Positions 13,475 through 25,989 of a stretch of 64,000 nucleotides of DNA are shown in pieces. A model generated the notes under the pieces. It ran no database searches and was not told where the DNA came from. It saw only the letters and a program-made list of their open reading frames with translations. Position 1 is the stretch's first letter, and the number at the start of each line of letters is the position of its first letter. The stretch covers positions 48,980,001 through 49,044,000 of the forward strand of contig OZ076415.1 in assembly GCA_964187785.1 (NCBI GenBank). The letters are read 5' to 3'. The position numbers and the translations under genes are program-made. This DNA is from Amphiscolops sp. MND2022. Lineage: Eukaryota.

Positions 13475-15873
13475 TCAGGATGTCGTCCAAAATCGTCATT
13501 AAAAAATGCATTACTGGCCGTTTTTGGTACACCATCAGACTGGGTTGTTTCCCTCATGCACCTGATTGAGTGGTACGAAGATCTTGGTACATTGTAAATC
13601 ACACGTGTCAGGCGTTAAGTCTGTACAAGTTCGCCTTCATTGAAGTGCTTGAGGAGTAGCAAAAATCCTGTCTCTGGAGTCTAAACCACCTGCCTGTACA
13701 AATTGGCAACTTCGGCTGACAATGCAAACCTGACGAATCGGAGTCGTATCTGTATACGGAATAGGTTGCCTTCCAGCTTCGACCCGTTAAGCAGTCATTT
13801 TGTGAGAAAACTGTTGTTGGTTTGACACTAGCATCAAAAACAACCCGCAACTTCGTGGTTTTACTAGCGATTGTCAATCTTCAGTAGTGGTAGTGGTATG
13901 TAGTAGTTGTTTGCACTGTTCAATTTCTCATCAGGGACCTTCTCTAGGTACAATCGGGACACCTCTCTAAATTGTTATAAACTCGGAACACCTTTTTAAC
14001 AAGGATCTTTTTAACAAGTTGTCACGTTTGGATTGTTTTCGAGGTCAATGAATAGTCGCAAAGCAGAAGCTCGGCTCTGACGCATCGAGTGATTGTTTGC
14101 GTTGAAAGGCAATATCACATAGAACCTTTCGTGTAGAATCGCTTGTGGTTAATGCGTTGAATTCTTCTTCCCGGCTAAAAAAGATCCACAGCCGCAATGC
14201 CCAGCCAAAACGGACGTATCGTCTTGCTGACCTGCTAAACAGGCAAACCAATGGGTTATTGTAATGAAGTTGACACCATCGCTGTTGGCAGGTTGGACCC
14301 TCATGCAAAGCCATCCCAGACTTTTGGTCGCTGAAGTAGTGTGTGTTGCTTGGACTTGCACTCCATGCAAGAGGCTTTGAAAATCCGCCCAAGCTGCGCC
14401 CAGTTTGCAAATAAATGAAACATGCATACTTCTTCTTAACAAAGTCGTACCACTGGGATTTTGTGTCTTTCCATAACTCTGGATATTCATGAGTTTTTCA
14501 CGTCACATCAACGTCACATTATTCAATACATGTCACTACAGCTGTGAAAGGTTGATGCACACCTCACGTTGATCACACAACTTGTTGGCCTGGGGAAAAA
14601 TTTTGATTGCACGGCTGTATAGTTCCCTATTTTGTTCATCAAAGATCTTGAATAACTCATTCCAGAGATGGACCTTTTTGCTAGCATGGTCAAGCTGCCA
14701 TTGATTCTGGGACTCTGCATCGAACTTTACGACATTGCAGAAAACCAATGCAGCACTCCATTGCCTATCTAGCTGACACGGGGCTTTCATTGCTCTCAGA
14801 TGCTCATTGTTTGTTTCGTGGAGTTTAAAGAGTCCAAGGCCACAATCAAGGACGACTGGAACCACATGGTTTCCAAGTGAGCATTCACAATGCTTCGTGT
14901 GATCAGCAGAATAAGCTGAAGAGCCGAATTTTTCGCAGCGTAACCCTTTGCCCAGACCTTTAGGTAACTTAGTCTCTCAGAGTTCGATACATTTTTCAAT
15001 GAGACCACTGCTACTTGGACGAGGTCACTGAATGATACCTCAATGGTGTAGGCTTCAGTGAAGGTTCGAACTTGGAGCTTTGGTAGGCGCATGTGTCTTG
15101 TAGTAGACGCACTCGGACAGGACGATGCGCTTGTCGTTAGTCCGGCTTTCAACTGCGTCTTGATGTTATCAATTAGAGCACCGAGTTTAGCTATGGCAAT
15201 GTTCATTCAAGTCTCCTTGTGTCCTGATATCACACACGCTAAACTACGATAACTTTTTCTTCAGCTGTTTTTGGTATATCGGCTATATCGGGATCGACGG
15301 ACCAAATGATTTCAATGATGGCCCTCTGAGGGATGCGAGAATGCATTACTTGTAGCTTTGAAGCACACTCCGATAGTGACCACCAGACCAAGTACACAAA
15401 AAGACTATGGTCTTCTGCTGAGAGACTCCCATGAAAACCGAATAAAAGCTCTGAAAGTTTTTTAACCTGATCAATGAGTGCATTTGCATCTTTTTGCAGT
15501 TCAAGACATTTTAGAGCTCTCATCATGTGCCACGTTTCTGACAATGAAAAGCCACAATTAGAATTGACGTACCAGTCAATCGACAAAAAAGAGACACGAT
15601 TAGTTATATTAGCATAATGCAACAGCACGCTCATTGGCTAACAAATATGCCGAAACCACTTCCGAATTTCATAGTCTGAAATGAATATGAGGTGGGAAAC
15701 ACCAAAAAAAACATTATTACCATTCAATGTAATGCACTGCTGCAACATGCGACGTTGGCCTTTCAGACCTGACAAGATGTCTGAATCAGGCATTTTTCAA
15801 TATAAGAAAGTTCCTAAAAACTTGTGTATCCTCCCAGCTGGAAACTTGATAACTAAAATTTTTGGTGTCTGCA
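13475..15873 (-). mobile_element. Second tandem copy of the BEL/Pao gag-RT segment plus its upstream flank (duplicate of 10861-13474)
   Basis: Near-identical ORFs at offset 2611-2612 (10996/13608, 11434/14045). Junction GTCAGGATGTCGTCCAAAA at 10862 and 13475. Copy 2 lacks ~210 bp (about 12598-12806). Confidence 0.92.
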
Positions 15874-15879
15874 AAAAAC

Positions 15880-16700
15880 GGTCGAATAATGCCTTATGGT
15901 GCATACTGCTAGCTTCGCTATGTCTGTTTCCGGGAAAACTACCTCGATGAAGCAAGCGCCAGAAGTTATTACTATCCGTATACGTTTTCAGAGTGGTGTG
16001 AACGAGAATCCAAAACCAGCACGTTAGAAAAAAAACCACTACAGAAAAGTGCGTGAAATCGGCGATTGTACTCAAGTTGCACTAAAGTAGAGGAAGGTAA
16101 CGTTGGGTCCAAACTTAGATTGCGACGACAAGATTGCTGTGGTGGGCGTTGAATTGACCTCACACATTTTTCTTATCGTGGTTGAAAGTGCTCAAACCGA
16201 GTAAACATCGTATTCGGTCAACAAAATTCATGTCTGAGAAACTTCTGAAAACCATCCCGAAAGTTACAATCATTCTCACTCAGCAAAAAGTTAGCCAAGC
16301 TTCTTCTTCTTTTGTGACTCGGTAATTAAGTCTTTTGAAGGAACCCAGTAAGGCAACCTGGAATCCCCAGTTTTGTTTTTTGGTGCCAATCAAGACTTGA
16401 TAGTTAAGATGGAGTCAAAAATAAGCTTCTGGTACGTCGACGACGCAACTTTGAATGACCATTACCAAACCGTGTTGAAAGATTCTAAATTTTTGTTGCT
16501 GCGGAGAAAAAAAGCAGTGCTCGAAATCAAACCAGTGAAATGCAAAATTTTTCTTTCTGGTTATGTCACCAAAAGCGGAGATCAGCAATTTCATCTGCAT
16601 TTTAGCAAGTTTGCTCTGAGACCATACCTGCGACGGGAGATGAACTACTTATTGTCGGATCCCCACCTGGATGGAAATCACAGGCAGTTATGCTAGACAA
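15880..16700 (+). mobile_element. CRE-like non-LTR retrotransposon reverse transcriptase fragment
   Basis: KVEEGNVG (~16087); EGTQ*GNLESPVLF (decayed QGDP motif, ~16337); SKISFWYVDDATL and LEIKPVKCKIF (ORF 16373-16696), matching the CRE-type W-Y-L-D-D-G-T RT signature. Confidence 0.7.
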
Positions 16701-17469
16701 GAAAGTTGAGGAACCGAATGAAATGACAGAGGTTGTTGATAATTTAAACGCGTTTTACGGATTTTACATACTGAAAAATGTTCCAGTTTACCAACGCTTG
16801 CGAGTTTTTTGCAAACCAGCACGTTAATCATGATATGCACCTGAAACAAATGACAAAACTTTGAAAGACGGGCTTTCCAAAAGATGTAACGTGAGTTTTG
16901 ACGATACTTCGAATGTTTCATCAATTTTGCCGGCTAAAGTGTGGTCTAGAGGTGTCATCAACATCATTTTTAGCACTTCCTGTTTTTTTTGTTTCAGTTT
17001 CCAGTGCGCGCGAACCAAAATTGTCTGGGAAACCTACAAAAATTTTTCGTTAACGAGAACTCTTGAGAAAAGGTTGGTTGTTACAAACAAAACGGAGGTT
17101 CCTATCGGTGCGAGAAAGAGAAACTTTCCCAATTTTAAATACTTTAAACGGTATTCCATCAATTTTGGACCGATTTTGGACGGTATTCTACAATTTGGAC
17201 GTTGTTTCTTTTTAGACGGTATTCCCGAGTTTTTATACTTTTTTCTTTCTCTTCAGTTTAGTTGTTGTTCCTTTTGTCATTATTCACCGTGGACATTGAG
17301 CAGTTATTCCGTAGACGTTTTTCCTTTGTAATAACAATCCTTAGATAGAAAACTAGATCAGATTCATTATTTCATTTGTGTAAGAGTCCAGTTTTTCGTC
17401 TTCAATTAGATCGAATTCATTAGAACTGTTGCCTTGCATCGCCTACGGGCCTCTAACGTGCTCTAATTT

Positions 17470-17600
17470 TTCGCACAATAATCAGCTAGCGGGTAGTTTT
17501 TTGAGGCAACGTATCTCAATGGCTCTACAAATGGGCAATGCGGCATATGTTCTAGAAACAGTGAGCGATAGGGATGCCTTTGAAGAAATGCATTGCATAC
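17470..17600 (+). mobile_element. CRE-like element C-terminal end (downstream of the restriction-like endonuclease)
   Basis: AGSFLRQRISMALQMGNAAYVLET matches the CRE-family terminal motif FL.QRIS.A.QRGNAA. Confidence 0.65.
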
Positions 17601-18289
17601 TTACTGTTTGTTGTTACTGCCCTTCATTTTTTGCAAGTCGACGATCACCGTGGGTGGAGTTTTTATCTTGATGTTTTAATTCTGTTGATATGATGGGACT
17701 TTGGCTGTTGTACAATGTCGTAACCTCTATTATAACAGATCGAGAAATGTATTGATGAATTGATTGTAAGAAGGTATAGAACTTTGTTGAGATTTAGTTT
17801 AAGGAAGTTTGAATAGAGATTCTTAATTATGCATCTGTATTGTATAGATTTTGTTTCCAAGGATCATTGTATGAAAGAAATGTTCAAAGCTCACCGCTTC
17901 TACAAATAAAACTTTTCTCCATGTATGTTCCTCTATTCTCATTAAATGGACGAGCAGCTCCTGCAGTCTACAAAGATTCTGCGAACTACAAGGAATGCCT
18001 ACTGCCATCCTGTTATCTCCTCTCTTTACATTTTGTTCCTTATATACCGCGTCTTCTTGGAATGGCCCTGTTTTCCTCAGAAACGAAGCCTTAACTGGTT
18101 CAGAACTACAAAAGTCTTGCTCATAAATATCACATTGTAAGTCACGTATGTTGAGCTTCAAGCGTATTTTTTTCCGAATTCAAAGAATCGCGTATCGTGT
18201 ACTTCAAACCCGTTCCTTTATCTATCTTGGTACCATCAGGTATCGTGTGCTCCAATCCTATAATCAACAATTAAAGGTGTCGGCTAACC

Positions 18290-21200
18290 ATGGTGGTGCT
18301 CAATTGCCCCATTGAAGGATGTACCTACGCCACGAGGGATATTGGAGCGGGTCAAGCCAACGCACGGTGCACGGGTATTCACATGCCCCCGGTTCCTGTC
18401 ATCAGGCTTACCCCCAACGACTTGTCTCGCCCAAAAGTCTCAAAAGAGGGCACGGGTAGAAACTGGGAGTACCTCATCGCCATGTGGGACGCCTACAATG
18501 TAGCCACTCGCATAGCCGACCATGAAGCCACTTTACAGCTCCTAGGATGTTGTGGAGACAGTCTACGCAAGGGCCTCCACCGCTCCCGTTCAAACATCGT
18601 CATGGCAAATGAGACAGATGCTCCGGCAGCAACCAAGACTCTAGACGTGAGGTCAGAGAACGCCATGGTGAGCAGGATGACGCATGACTGAAAGAAGGGT
18701 GTTAGGAGTTTTCCCGCTCACTTACGATGTCGAGCTAAGGTCTCTAAAAACTGCTTTCCCAGTTAGTTATACCCATGATATGGTCCGGTGACGCCCTCAA
18801 TACAGGACTTGACGATAGCGACCCACACATAACCTTGAAGGTTACGATCAAGTTTATAGAGGCCAAAGAGTCTGGTAAACTATCACAAGCAACTTCGAAA
18901 CCCGAGTGCTGGGACACAATCCTCTTATCAAAAGACGGAAAACGACCAACACATAGTCAATTGTCGGAAAACCAGGCCATGGTGACGTTCGCGAAATACA
19001 GGCTAGGTAGGAGAAGTGCAAGGCCGGGGACAAAATTTGTTCATAACGTGACAAAAAAACCACTTCAGCAAGGTCTCTAGGTCTTAACCCAAACGGAGCA
19101 GTTCGAGGCAGTTATCCTACGACTGTCCGGATTGTCGGGGTCTGGCAAAGTACTTTAAAGAGCATAAGTATGCCATCTTACCGACGTGATCGAAGGTGCA
19201 TACTTTGAGTCGGAAAAGCAGTGTACAGCACCGTGAATCCTCTCGAGCAACTTTTCGCGCATCGGATAACCCACTCAACATCCCTTGTCAATTAGTTCAG
19301 CTGTAATTAGCTCACTATCATTGAGGAAAGCTTCTTTCAAACATGTCGATGACTAGAAATTTGTGGTCGACAGGGAATTCAGGGAATTGTGCTGCATATC
19401 GAGCAGCCAGTGACAAACATGTCCGCGCAATCCGTAACTTTCCAAAAAACATCACCAACCTTCGATCTTGGTTTGTCCTCATCACTCAAGTGTCGGACTG
19501 CGATTCCGTCCGCAATGACATGGCACCTTTCTGCGAACATCTCAAGCCGTCGTCAACCTTCTATTGGGATCATCAGCTACAACAAGATATTGGGCAATCC
19601 AGGGCTGCTATCATGGACTAAATTACCAAAAATGTCCGAATATTTAACTCCGGACGTGTAACATGCCTCGCCACAGATGGGTCAAGAAAAGCATCGGTTT
19701 CTCTCTCTCGCAGAATTACTGCACCTGTCACCTCATCTTTCCTATGTGTTGCTCACGGCGATGGAAATTATTTTTTCGCGGGCACACAAACCCAGCAAAA
19801 TCCAGATTTGCTCCAATTGAAGGGCAAGCTTTGGCTGTTGTTTATGAATTGGTATCCGGACGTCCCCGAGAACACACCCTGCTCGATGACAATCTACGAA
19901 TACTTCCAAAAAAGATCAAAGACGGTTTCCAGGGCTTTACCCGACTATTGGATCTTGCCCGGGTGTACGGGAAATCTTCCAATTCAGGGGTGGATTCAGC
20001 ACAGTGGATGGAGTGATTCGATACAACAACAGTACCGTTAACCCATCACCACTAAGAGCCCTGGTCCTAGACATACTACTTTCTGCATATCCAGGTGTCT
20101 CCTACAAGGCTTCCAGGGCGGAATCATTTGAACGGACATTCTGCCGGCTATAGCAAACATGACTGCACGGTGCCGGTCATGCAACAAGCGTGCGCGCAGT
20201 CAGCCGTATGGTCCTCCGCTTGGGTCTCATGAACCAGTATACCCTTTCTAGTGCATCTGTGTAGATTACGTAAAATACAAGGGGTGCATATACGTAGTAT
20301 TTATGGACCGCTATTTTGATTGGCCAATTGTGCAGCAATCAAGAGATGGTTCTTCGAGTCCTGTAGAATGCCCTCCCGAAAATGTCGTCTCAAACGACAT
20401 TGCAGACGAACTACCTTCAGATGGTGGACCTGAGTTTAAGCCGAAGAGACACAGCAACTCTGCTTAAACTGTGGTGCCCTTCATCGCCTCTCGTCTGTCG
20501 CGCTTGCCCATTCAAACGGAGGTGCCGAGCTAATGGTCAACAACTGCCAACGCATGCTTATGGACAACAGTGGCCCGAAGAGGGAGATCAATCTCGACAA
20601 ATTTCAAAGAGGATGCTTCAATACCGCGAAACCCCCGACCGCGATATCTGTTTATCCCAAGCACAGATAATTATTGGACAACCCATAAAGAACTTCATCC
20701 CCATTCTGCCAGGTTCGTACAGACCTCACAGCACGTGGATAGAAACATCGCAGGGCTAGTGAAAAGGCAATGCGTGCTACAAACGTCAGGAACGCCTCAC
20801 TGAACACGCATTAGGATTGCAGTGGCTTGAAGTTGTCAACCGTTTCTTTATCCAGACCCCAGACAGGTAACCATCCCCTGCGATGGGATCGAATTGGCCC
20901 GGTGAATCAGGTGAAACAGTTGAACCAGTACGCAGTCTTAGTGGATTGCTACTAAGACTGCGTACTGGTTCAACTGTTTCACCTGATTTACCAGGCCGCT
21001 TCGATCCCATCGCAGGGGATGGTTACTTGTCTGGGGTCTGGATAAAGACACGGTTGACAACTTCAAGCGACTGCAATCCTAATGTGTGTTTAGTGATGCG
21101 TTCCTGACGTTTCTAGCACTGGGCAGGGTTAATCTCTGGAATCAGAGACTTCTACGGAAATTCGACAAGATCGTTGTGGACCGCATACCTGGTGATGCCC

Positions 21201-21300
21201 GCAAATCCTGCGTTTTCAATCGCTCAACAACGACATGATTTCGTCCCCTTTGGAATCAACGAACTCGCCCAGGGGAACGGACATACGATCCAAGAGTAAA
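18290..21300 (+). mobile_element. Ty3/gypsy LTR retrotransposon remnant (gag, RNase H, integrase; RT largely deleted)
   Basis: Gag CPIEGCTY...NWEYL..WDAY..AT.I....QLLGCC (18290-18691); RNase H CLATDGSRK and SRFAPIEGQALAV (~19670-19840); integrase DELPSDGGPEF (~20400) and MLQYRETPD; post-integrase QTGNHPLRWDRIG...QYAVLVD and GRVNL...LLRKF. Confidence 0.85.
20774..21119. repeat. 346-bp fold-back inverted duplication inside gypsy pol
   Basis: Arms 20774-20942 and 20951-21119 (169 bp each, 11 substitutions by my count, no indels); 8-nt loop GGATTGCT. Confidence 0.95.
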
Positions 21301-21305
21301 GCCGA

Positions 21306-21430
21306 TGTTAGGGCTTGAATTGTTTCTGATCGTGGCTGGGTTGTCGGGTTATTGACGATCGATCATTGTCAATACTTTCTTTTGAGATGTGCATTGAGAA
21401 TGTGATACAGTCAAGTGAAGATAAAAATAA
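21306..21430 (-). repeat. Copia 3' LTR (inner boundary uncertain)
   Basis: TGTTAGGGCTTGAA...CTGATCGTGGCTGG...GAGATGTGC matches 25859 onward. Flanks GCCGA and CCGCA are not a clean 5-bp TSD. Confidence 0.7.
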
Positions 21431-24400
21431 CAGGTACATGTTTTCAAACAACAACAATAAGCTATATTCAGTCTGGTATAGTCTGAGCTATTTGACTTTC
21501 AATGGTCTTTTGCCTTCATCGGTATCTAAGACCGCTGTTCGATGAGAGTCTCCGAAAGTTGTTGGTGGTTGATGATGGCGAACCACTGTGATTGACCATC
21601 TGTCGTGTCAAGGAAGCGATTGAGAGGGCTCTATCCATCCGTTGACGAGAAGCTGAAAGTCGTCATAGTACTAGTTGTACATACACATAAGAATGGGTAA
21701 AGTAAAAATAATTGAGTTGTGAAGGAGGCAAGGATTAAGTTGATGATTGAGGTGGTTGAATGACAAAGCGTTGCGATGCGATAAGAGCTCATTGAAGGCA
21801 GGCGTCGGTAGGTTCTTGGTGAAAATATCAGCCAAGTTGTTCTTTGTGGAGACATAAAACACTTGAATGCGTTTGTCCTCAACCAGTTAACGGATGAAGT
21901 GGTGTCGGGTTTCTATGTGTTTAGCACGTTTGTGGGCAACAGGGTTGCTGGCCAGTGCGAGTGCCCCTTGATTGTCATCACACAACACAACAAGCGTGTC
22001 CAGCGTCTTCAAGCAGAAAAATGTGAGCAAGCCTTGAAAATAGACTGCTTCCAGTGCAGCCAGAGCCAACGGAACATACTCGGCTTCACAAAAGCTAAGT
22101 GCCACACACCCTTTTTGAACGCCCAAGAGACAACACTACCAAAACGACTTAGTTTGAAGCAAAATCCCGAAGTTGACTAGCGATCATCCTTGTCGGTGGA
22201 CCAATCAGAATCCAAAAAACCAAAATGTTCGAGATTTTAGGAGCGGTTATACACAAGAGATAGAAACTCGGTGCGCTTGAGAAAACGGAGAAGGTGTTTC
22301 ACTGCACCCCAATGGGCTTTATCGGGATTTGACACGAATTGCGCTAAGTTATAGACAGCAAAGCAAATATCGGTGCGCTCAACACCGGACAACTACATTA
22401 AATTTCCAACTAAGCTACGATATTGTTTCTGTTCGCAAAACAGAACCTATTTTTCACTGCCTTCGATGGGGCAGTCCGATTTAGACTGTTTCATATGAGG
22501 TTTAGCTGGCGTACTGACTGGGTTACAATCAGACATGTGGCTTTTGTGCAAAATGTCCTTTATATATGACTGCTAACTGAGAGAAATGCGACGGCGTGAC
22601 TGTTCAACATTGCATCCCAAAAACCAAGTCATTTTCTCAGGATCATCGATGCCAAATGCATCGCTGAGTTTCGCCATGAAATCATGCATCATTGAGCATT
22701 TTGTCGTTGTTTGAAAAGTACAAAATGTCGTCGACCCAAACTAGTACAAAAAGTTGGGAACCATTGGTCCCATCGCGACGAAAAAGACAATGATCCTCGG
22801 TAGACTGTACAAATTCGATCTTCAAAAACCACTGGGTTAAAATTTTGTTCCATTCCCTTCCTGCTTGCTTTAAACCATAAAGGTATTTTTGAAGCTGGCA
22901 AAAAAAGTTTCACCATTAGCCCCCCCTTGCGCAAAGTTTTTTGGTTGTTCTATGTAAATTTCATCCCTTAAGTTCGCATCGAGGAAGGCTGAACGGACGT
23001 CTAACTGAAAAACAAAAGTCGACCAAGAAGCAGCGAGCGCAAAACAAATCCTCATTAAACAAAGTTTAGCAGTAGGCGCAGAAGTTTCATCATATTCGCT
23101 TCCAAAAACTTGCAGAAACCATTGACTACGACACGAGCCTCGATTTTCTCAATAGTTCCGTCGTCGCGTCGCTTAATTTTGAAAACCCGCTGGCTCCCAG
23201 TTGCCTTTCAGGCCGGGGGAAGCGGAGAAAGTACCCAGGTCTTCTTCTCGATGAGCTCATTGTACTCCTTTTGAGTGGCTTTGTTCCATTCGCTTTTAAG
23301 CGATAACTTCACTGCTTCACGATAAGTTAGATTTTCATCGCTGTCAGCCATTGAAAGAACGTAGTCGTCGAGATACGCAGGAAGTTTGATAACTCTCCCA
23401 CTTCGAGACCGCGAAAAAACGCTACTTCTATTGGCATCAATGTTTTCAGATGAAACAACGTCAACGGGAGAAGGAGTTATTCAGTTTCGAAATCATTCAA
23501 TGTTTCAGTCGGTATAACAAGAACTGAAGACTTTTCGCAAAAATAAATCTGTTTCAGGCAAAACTTGTTTCGGTGCTGTCTTTTCGTTTACAAATGCTCG
23601 GATGTTTTGACTTGGGTACGCAGCAAAAAAAGTCAAAAAAAATCAATAGAAGTCGCATCAAAGGAAAACGAAGTCTTTTTAGAGTAAGGATTGTACAACA
23701 TGTATGCTTCTGAATCCTCAGAAACTCCAACAGAAAATTCTTGTGTGCTTTATTGCAAAATTTGTGTTGATGCGTTTCAATGTGTTTGAAAGCAGTACAC
23801 CCAAAGACTTTCAAATTGAAAAGATCTGGTTTTTCACTAACTGTGAGGCAACGGTTTGAATGTTAAAAAGCAGTGTGTAAGGCCCGAATCCAAAATTCAT
23901 TGCCGAGTTTGGCTGTTTTTAGCATGCAGCGAGTAATTTCGACTGTTGTTCGCCACCGTTGTTCACTCACACCATTTTGATGAGGCGAATAAGGGGCACT
24001 TTGCTCACGCTTGATTCCGTTTGACATACATAAACTTCGAAAAGACTTGGAAATGAACTCTTTCTCATTATCAAAACGGATTGGTCGGGGCGTTCCCACT
24101 TGCGCACAAAAAATTTGTAGTTTATCTAGGCACTCCTCCTTCGATTTGAGGAAATATACCCCTGAGTTCTTGCTGTAGCTATCAGTAAAAAAATAGCGTA
24201 TCGATTGCCACCAACCGAAGTAGTTAGCATTGATCTCAAAATGTCTGTGAAAACAAGATCAAGTTTAAAAGATTTTCTTTTGTCCATTTTTTGCGATACT
24301 GGTTGTTGTCATCACTTATAAATTTTGCAAACTTCACAACAACAAAAAATATTAAAAGCACAGTTGTTCAAGCTCATTCCCGAAACATGATGAGCAAAAC

Positions 24401-25858
24401 ATTTCTCAATTTCGAATTGGTTGTGACCAAGGCGATGATGCCACAGCACCGCTTCTTCGTTCTCACCGGAAAAAGAACAAAGATCAAATGTCTTTTCTTT
24501 CATAACGTAAAACATAGCGTGCTCTTCAAAAGGAAAAGTTATTTTTCCATTGACAAAAATTCTCAGAGATTGTCCGAAGTTGACTTGAGCCCCGTTTTGT
24601 CTCAACTTGCAAACGCTGATCAAATTATGAGAATGATCAGGAAGAAAAAGACAGTCGGAAAAGGTCACACAACGTTCGATCCCATTTTTGTCCAAAAATT
24701 GAAAAAAAAATCATTTCCAAAACCCTCAACTTGCGAAAAAGTCCCATTCGCATTTTTACTTTGCGTTGTGTTTCTACGCTAAAGTCGAAGAACAGAGAAC
24801 GGTCAAAAAACATATGCAAGGAAGCACCAGAATCGATTACCAAAGTGTGCTCCTTCACCTCGTATTTTTGACTAGTGAGTGCAGTCTCAAAAAGCCTGCA
24901 AAAGTTGCAGCGGGATACTCTTCAAGTGGCTTGTTTATGTGCACTTTTACCGCAATGCCTACACTTCTCGGTGAATTGTTCAGGTTTACGCGAGAAATTT
25001 TTCGCAGCAGTTCCTTTGGATAACAAAGCAACATTTTCATTGCTAGCTGTCGCACTTTGTAGGTTACCAAAATTTTCGAGTTTTTTAATGCCTTCTTCAC
25101 TCCCGCAAAGGACGCCTTATCTTTCAAAAAATCGTGCACAGTTTTGAAATAACCACATTCGGAAGACAAACCCTTGAAAACTATTGAAGTTACCATGTTT
25201 TGAGAAACTTTCTCACCAGCGAGCTCCAACTGCTTACTCGCATACTCCGCTCGAGTCAGGTAATCAACCATGCTCTCCGTGGTGTTGTGAACTTCTCCAA
25301 TAGGCTCACCAACCTCGGTGTTTCGGTGCTGCTGAAGTGGTCCCGAAGTAGTTGCCTTCGGACCATCACCCTTGCAGTCGTTCGTCAGCATCAGAATACT
25401 GCGGCTGTCGAGACACTGTACCAAGTACGCCCAAAATTCGCACTCTTTGTCATTCGTACCAGCATCTGTTCCATTCAGCACGTTCGGCAGCTTCTTCATG
25501 AAACAGAACCCCTCGAATCGCTCCTGCAACACAGTGAAGTCTTCGTCCTTGCCAGAGAACTGGCGATACGGCAAATGTCTATCCGTACCTCTCAAACTCC
25601 AAGCAAAAGCCCAAAACAGGCAGAAGGAAGTAACTGAAACAACAGTGTGGCAGCAAAACAGGAATTCCCACGAAGATTAGCTACAAAGTTAACGGAAGCA
25701 AAACGGTTACTGACGGCTTCAAAAGCAAAAATTGTTGATATCCGAGACGCAAAAAGCAAAAGTTGAGAACGAGAAATGAAGATCAGACGAGCATAGTTAG
25801 AGTAAGCAGAAAAAAATGTTGAAAAAAACAAACTCACCAAGTTGCTGGGTCAAAAACC

Positions 25859-25969
25859 TGTTAGGGCCTGAACTCCTTCTGATCGTGGCTGGTTGTCGGG
25901 TTATTGAAGATCGATCGTTGTCAATACTTTATTTTGAGATGTGCGATGAGAAAGTGTGTGTCTCTAACA
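25859..25969 (-). repeat. Copia 5' LTR (TGTTAG...CTAACA, 111 bp)
   Basis: TG...CA ends with a 6-bp terminal inverted repeat; ~95 nt align directly to 21306-21400. Confidence 0.8.
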
Positions 25970-25989
25970 CCGCAAACACCTCAACTTAA

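Larger units (their letters stand above)
21306..25969 (-). mobile_element. Ty1/copia LTR retrotransposon, near full length, inactivated
   Basis: Gag 24855-25595; protease LVIDSGASLHM; LWHHRLGH..CEVC; integrase IRFDNEKEF...APYSPHQNGVSE; RT QLDVRSAFL.A.L.DEIYIEQP; RNase H ALSFCEAEY, DNQGAL, HIETRHHFIR, NLADIFTK. Copia domain order (integrase before RT). Degenerate copia-type primer-binding site GGTTTTTGACCCAG just inside the right LTR. Confidence 0.93.

Noticed and set aside
16861-17331. 156-aa plus-strand ORF
   Set aside because: Phe/Ser-rich antisense-type composition within an unidentified insert that splits the CRE remnant; no motif.
20786-21107. Two similar 74-aa ORFs on opposite strands as paralogous genes
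   Set aside because: Artefact of the palindrome; the true coding frame is gypsy pol in another phase.
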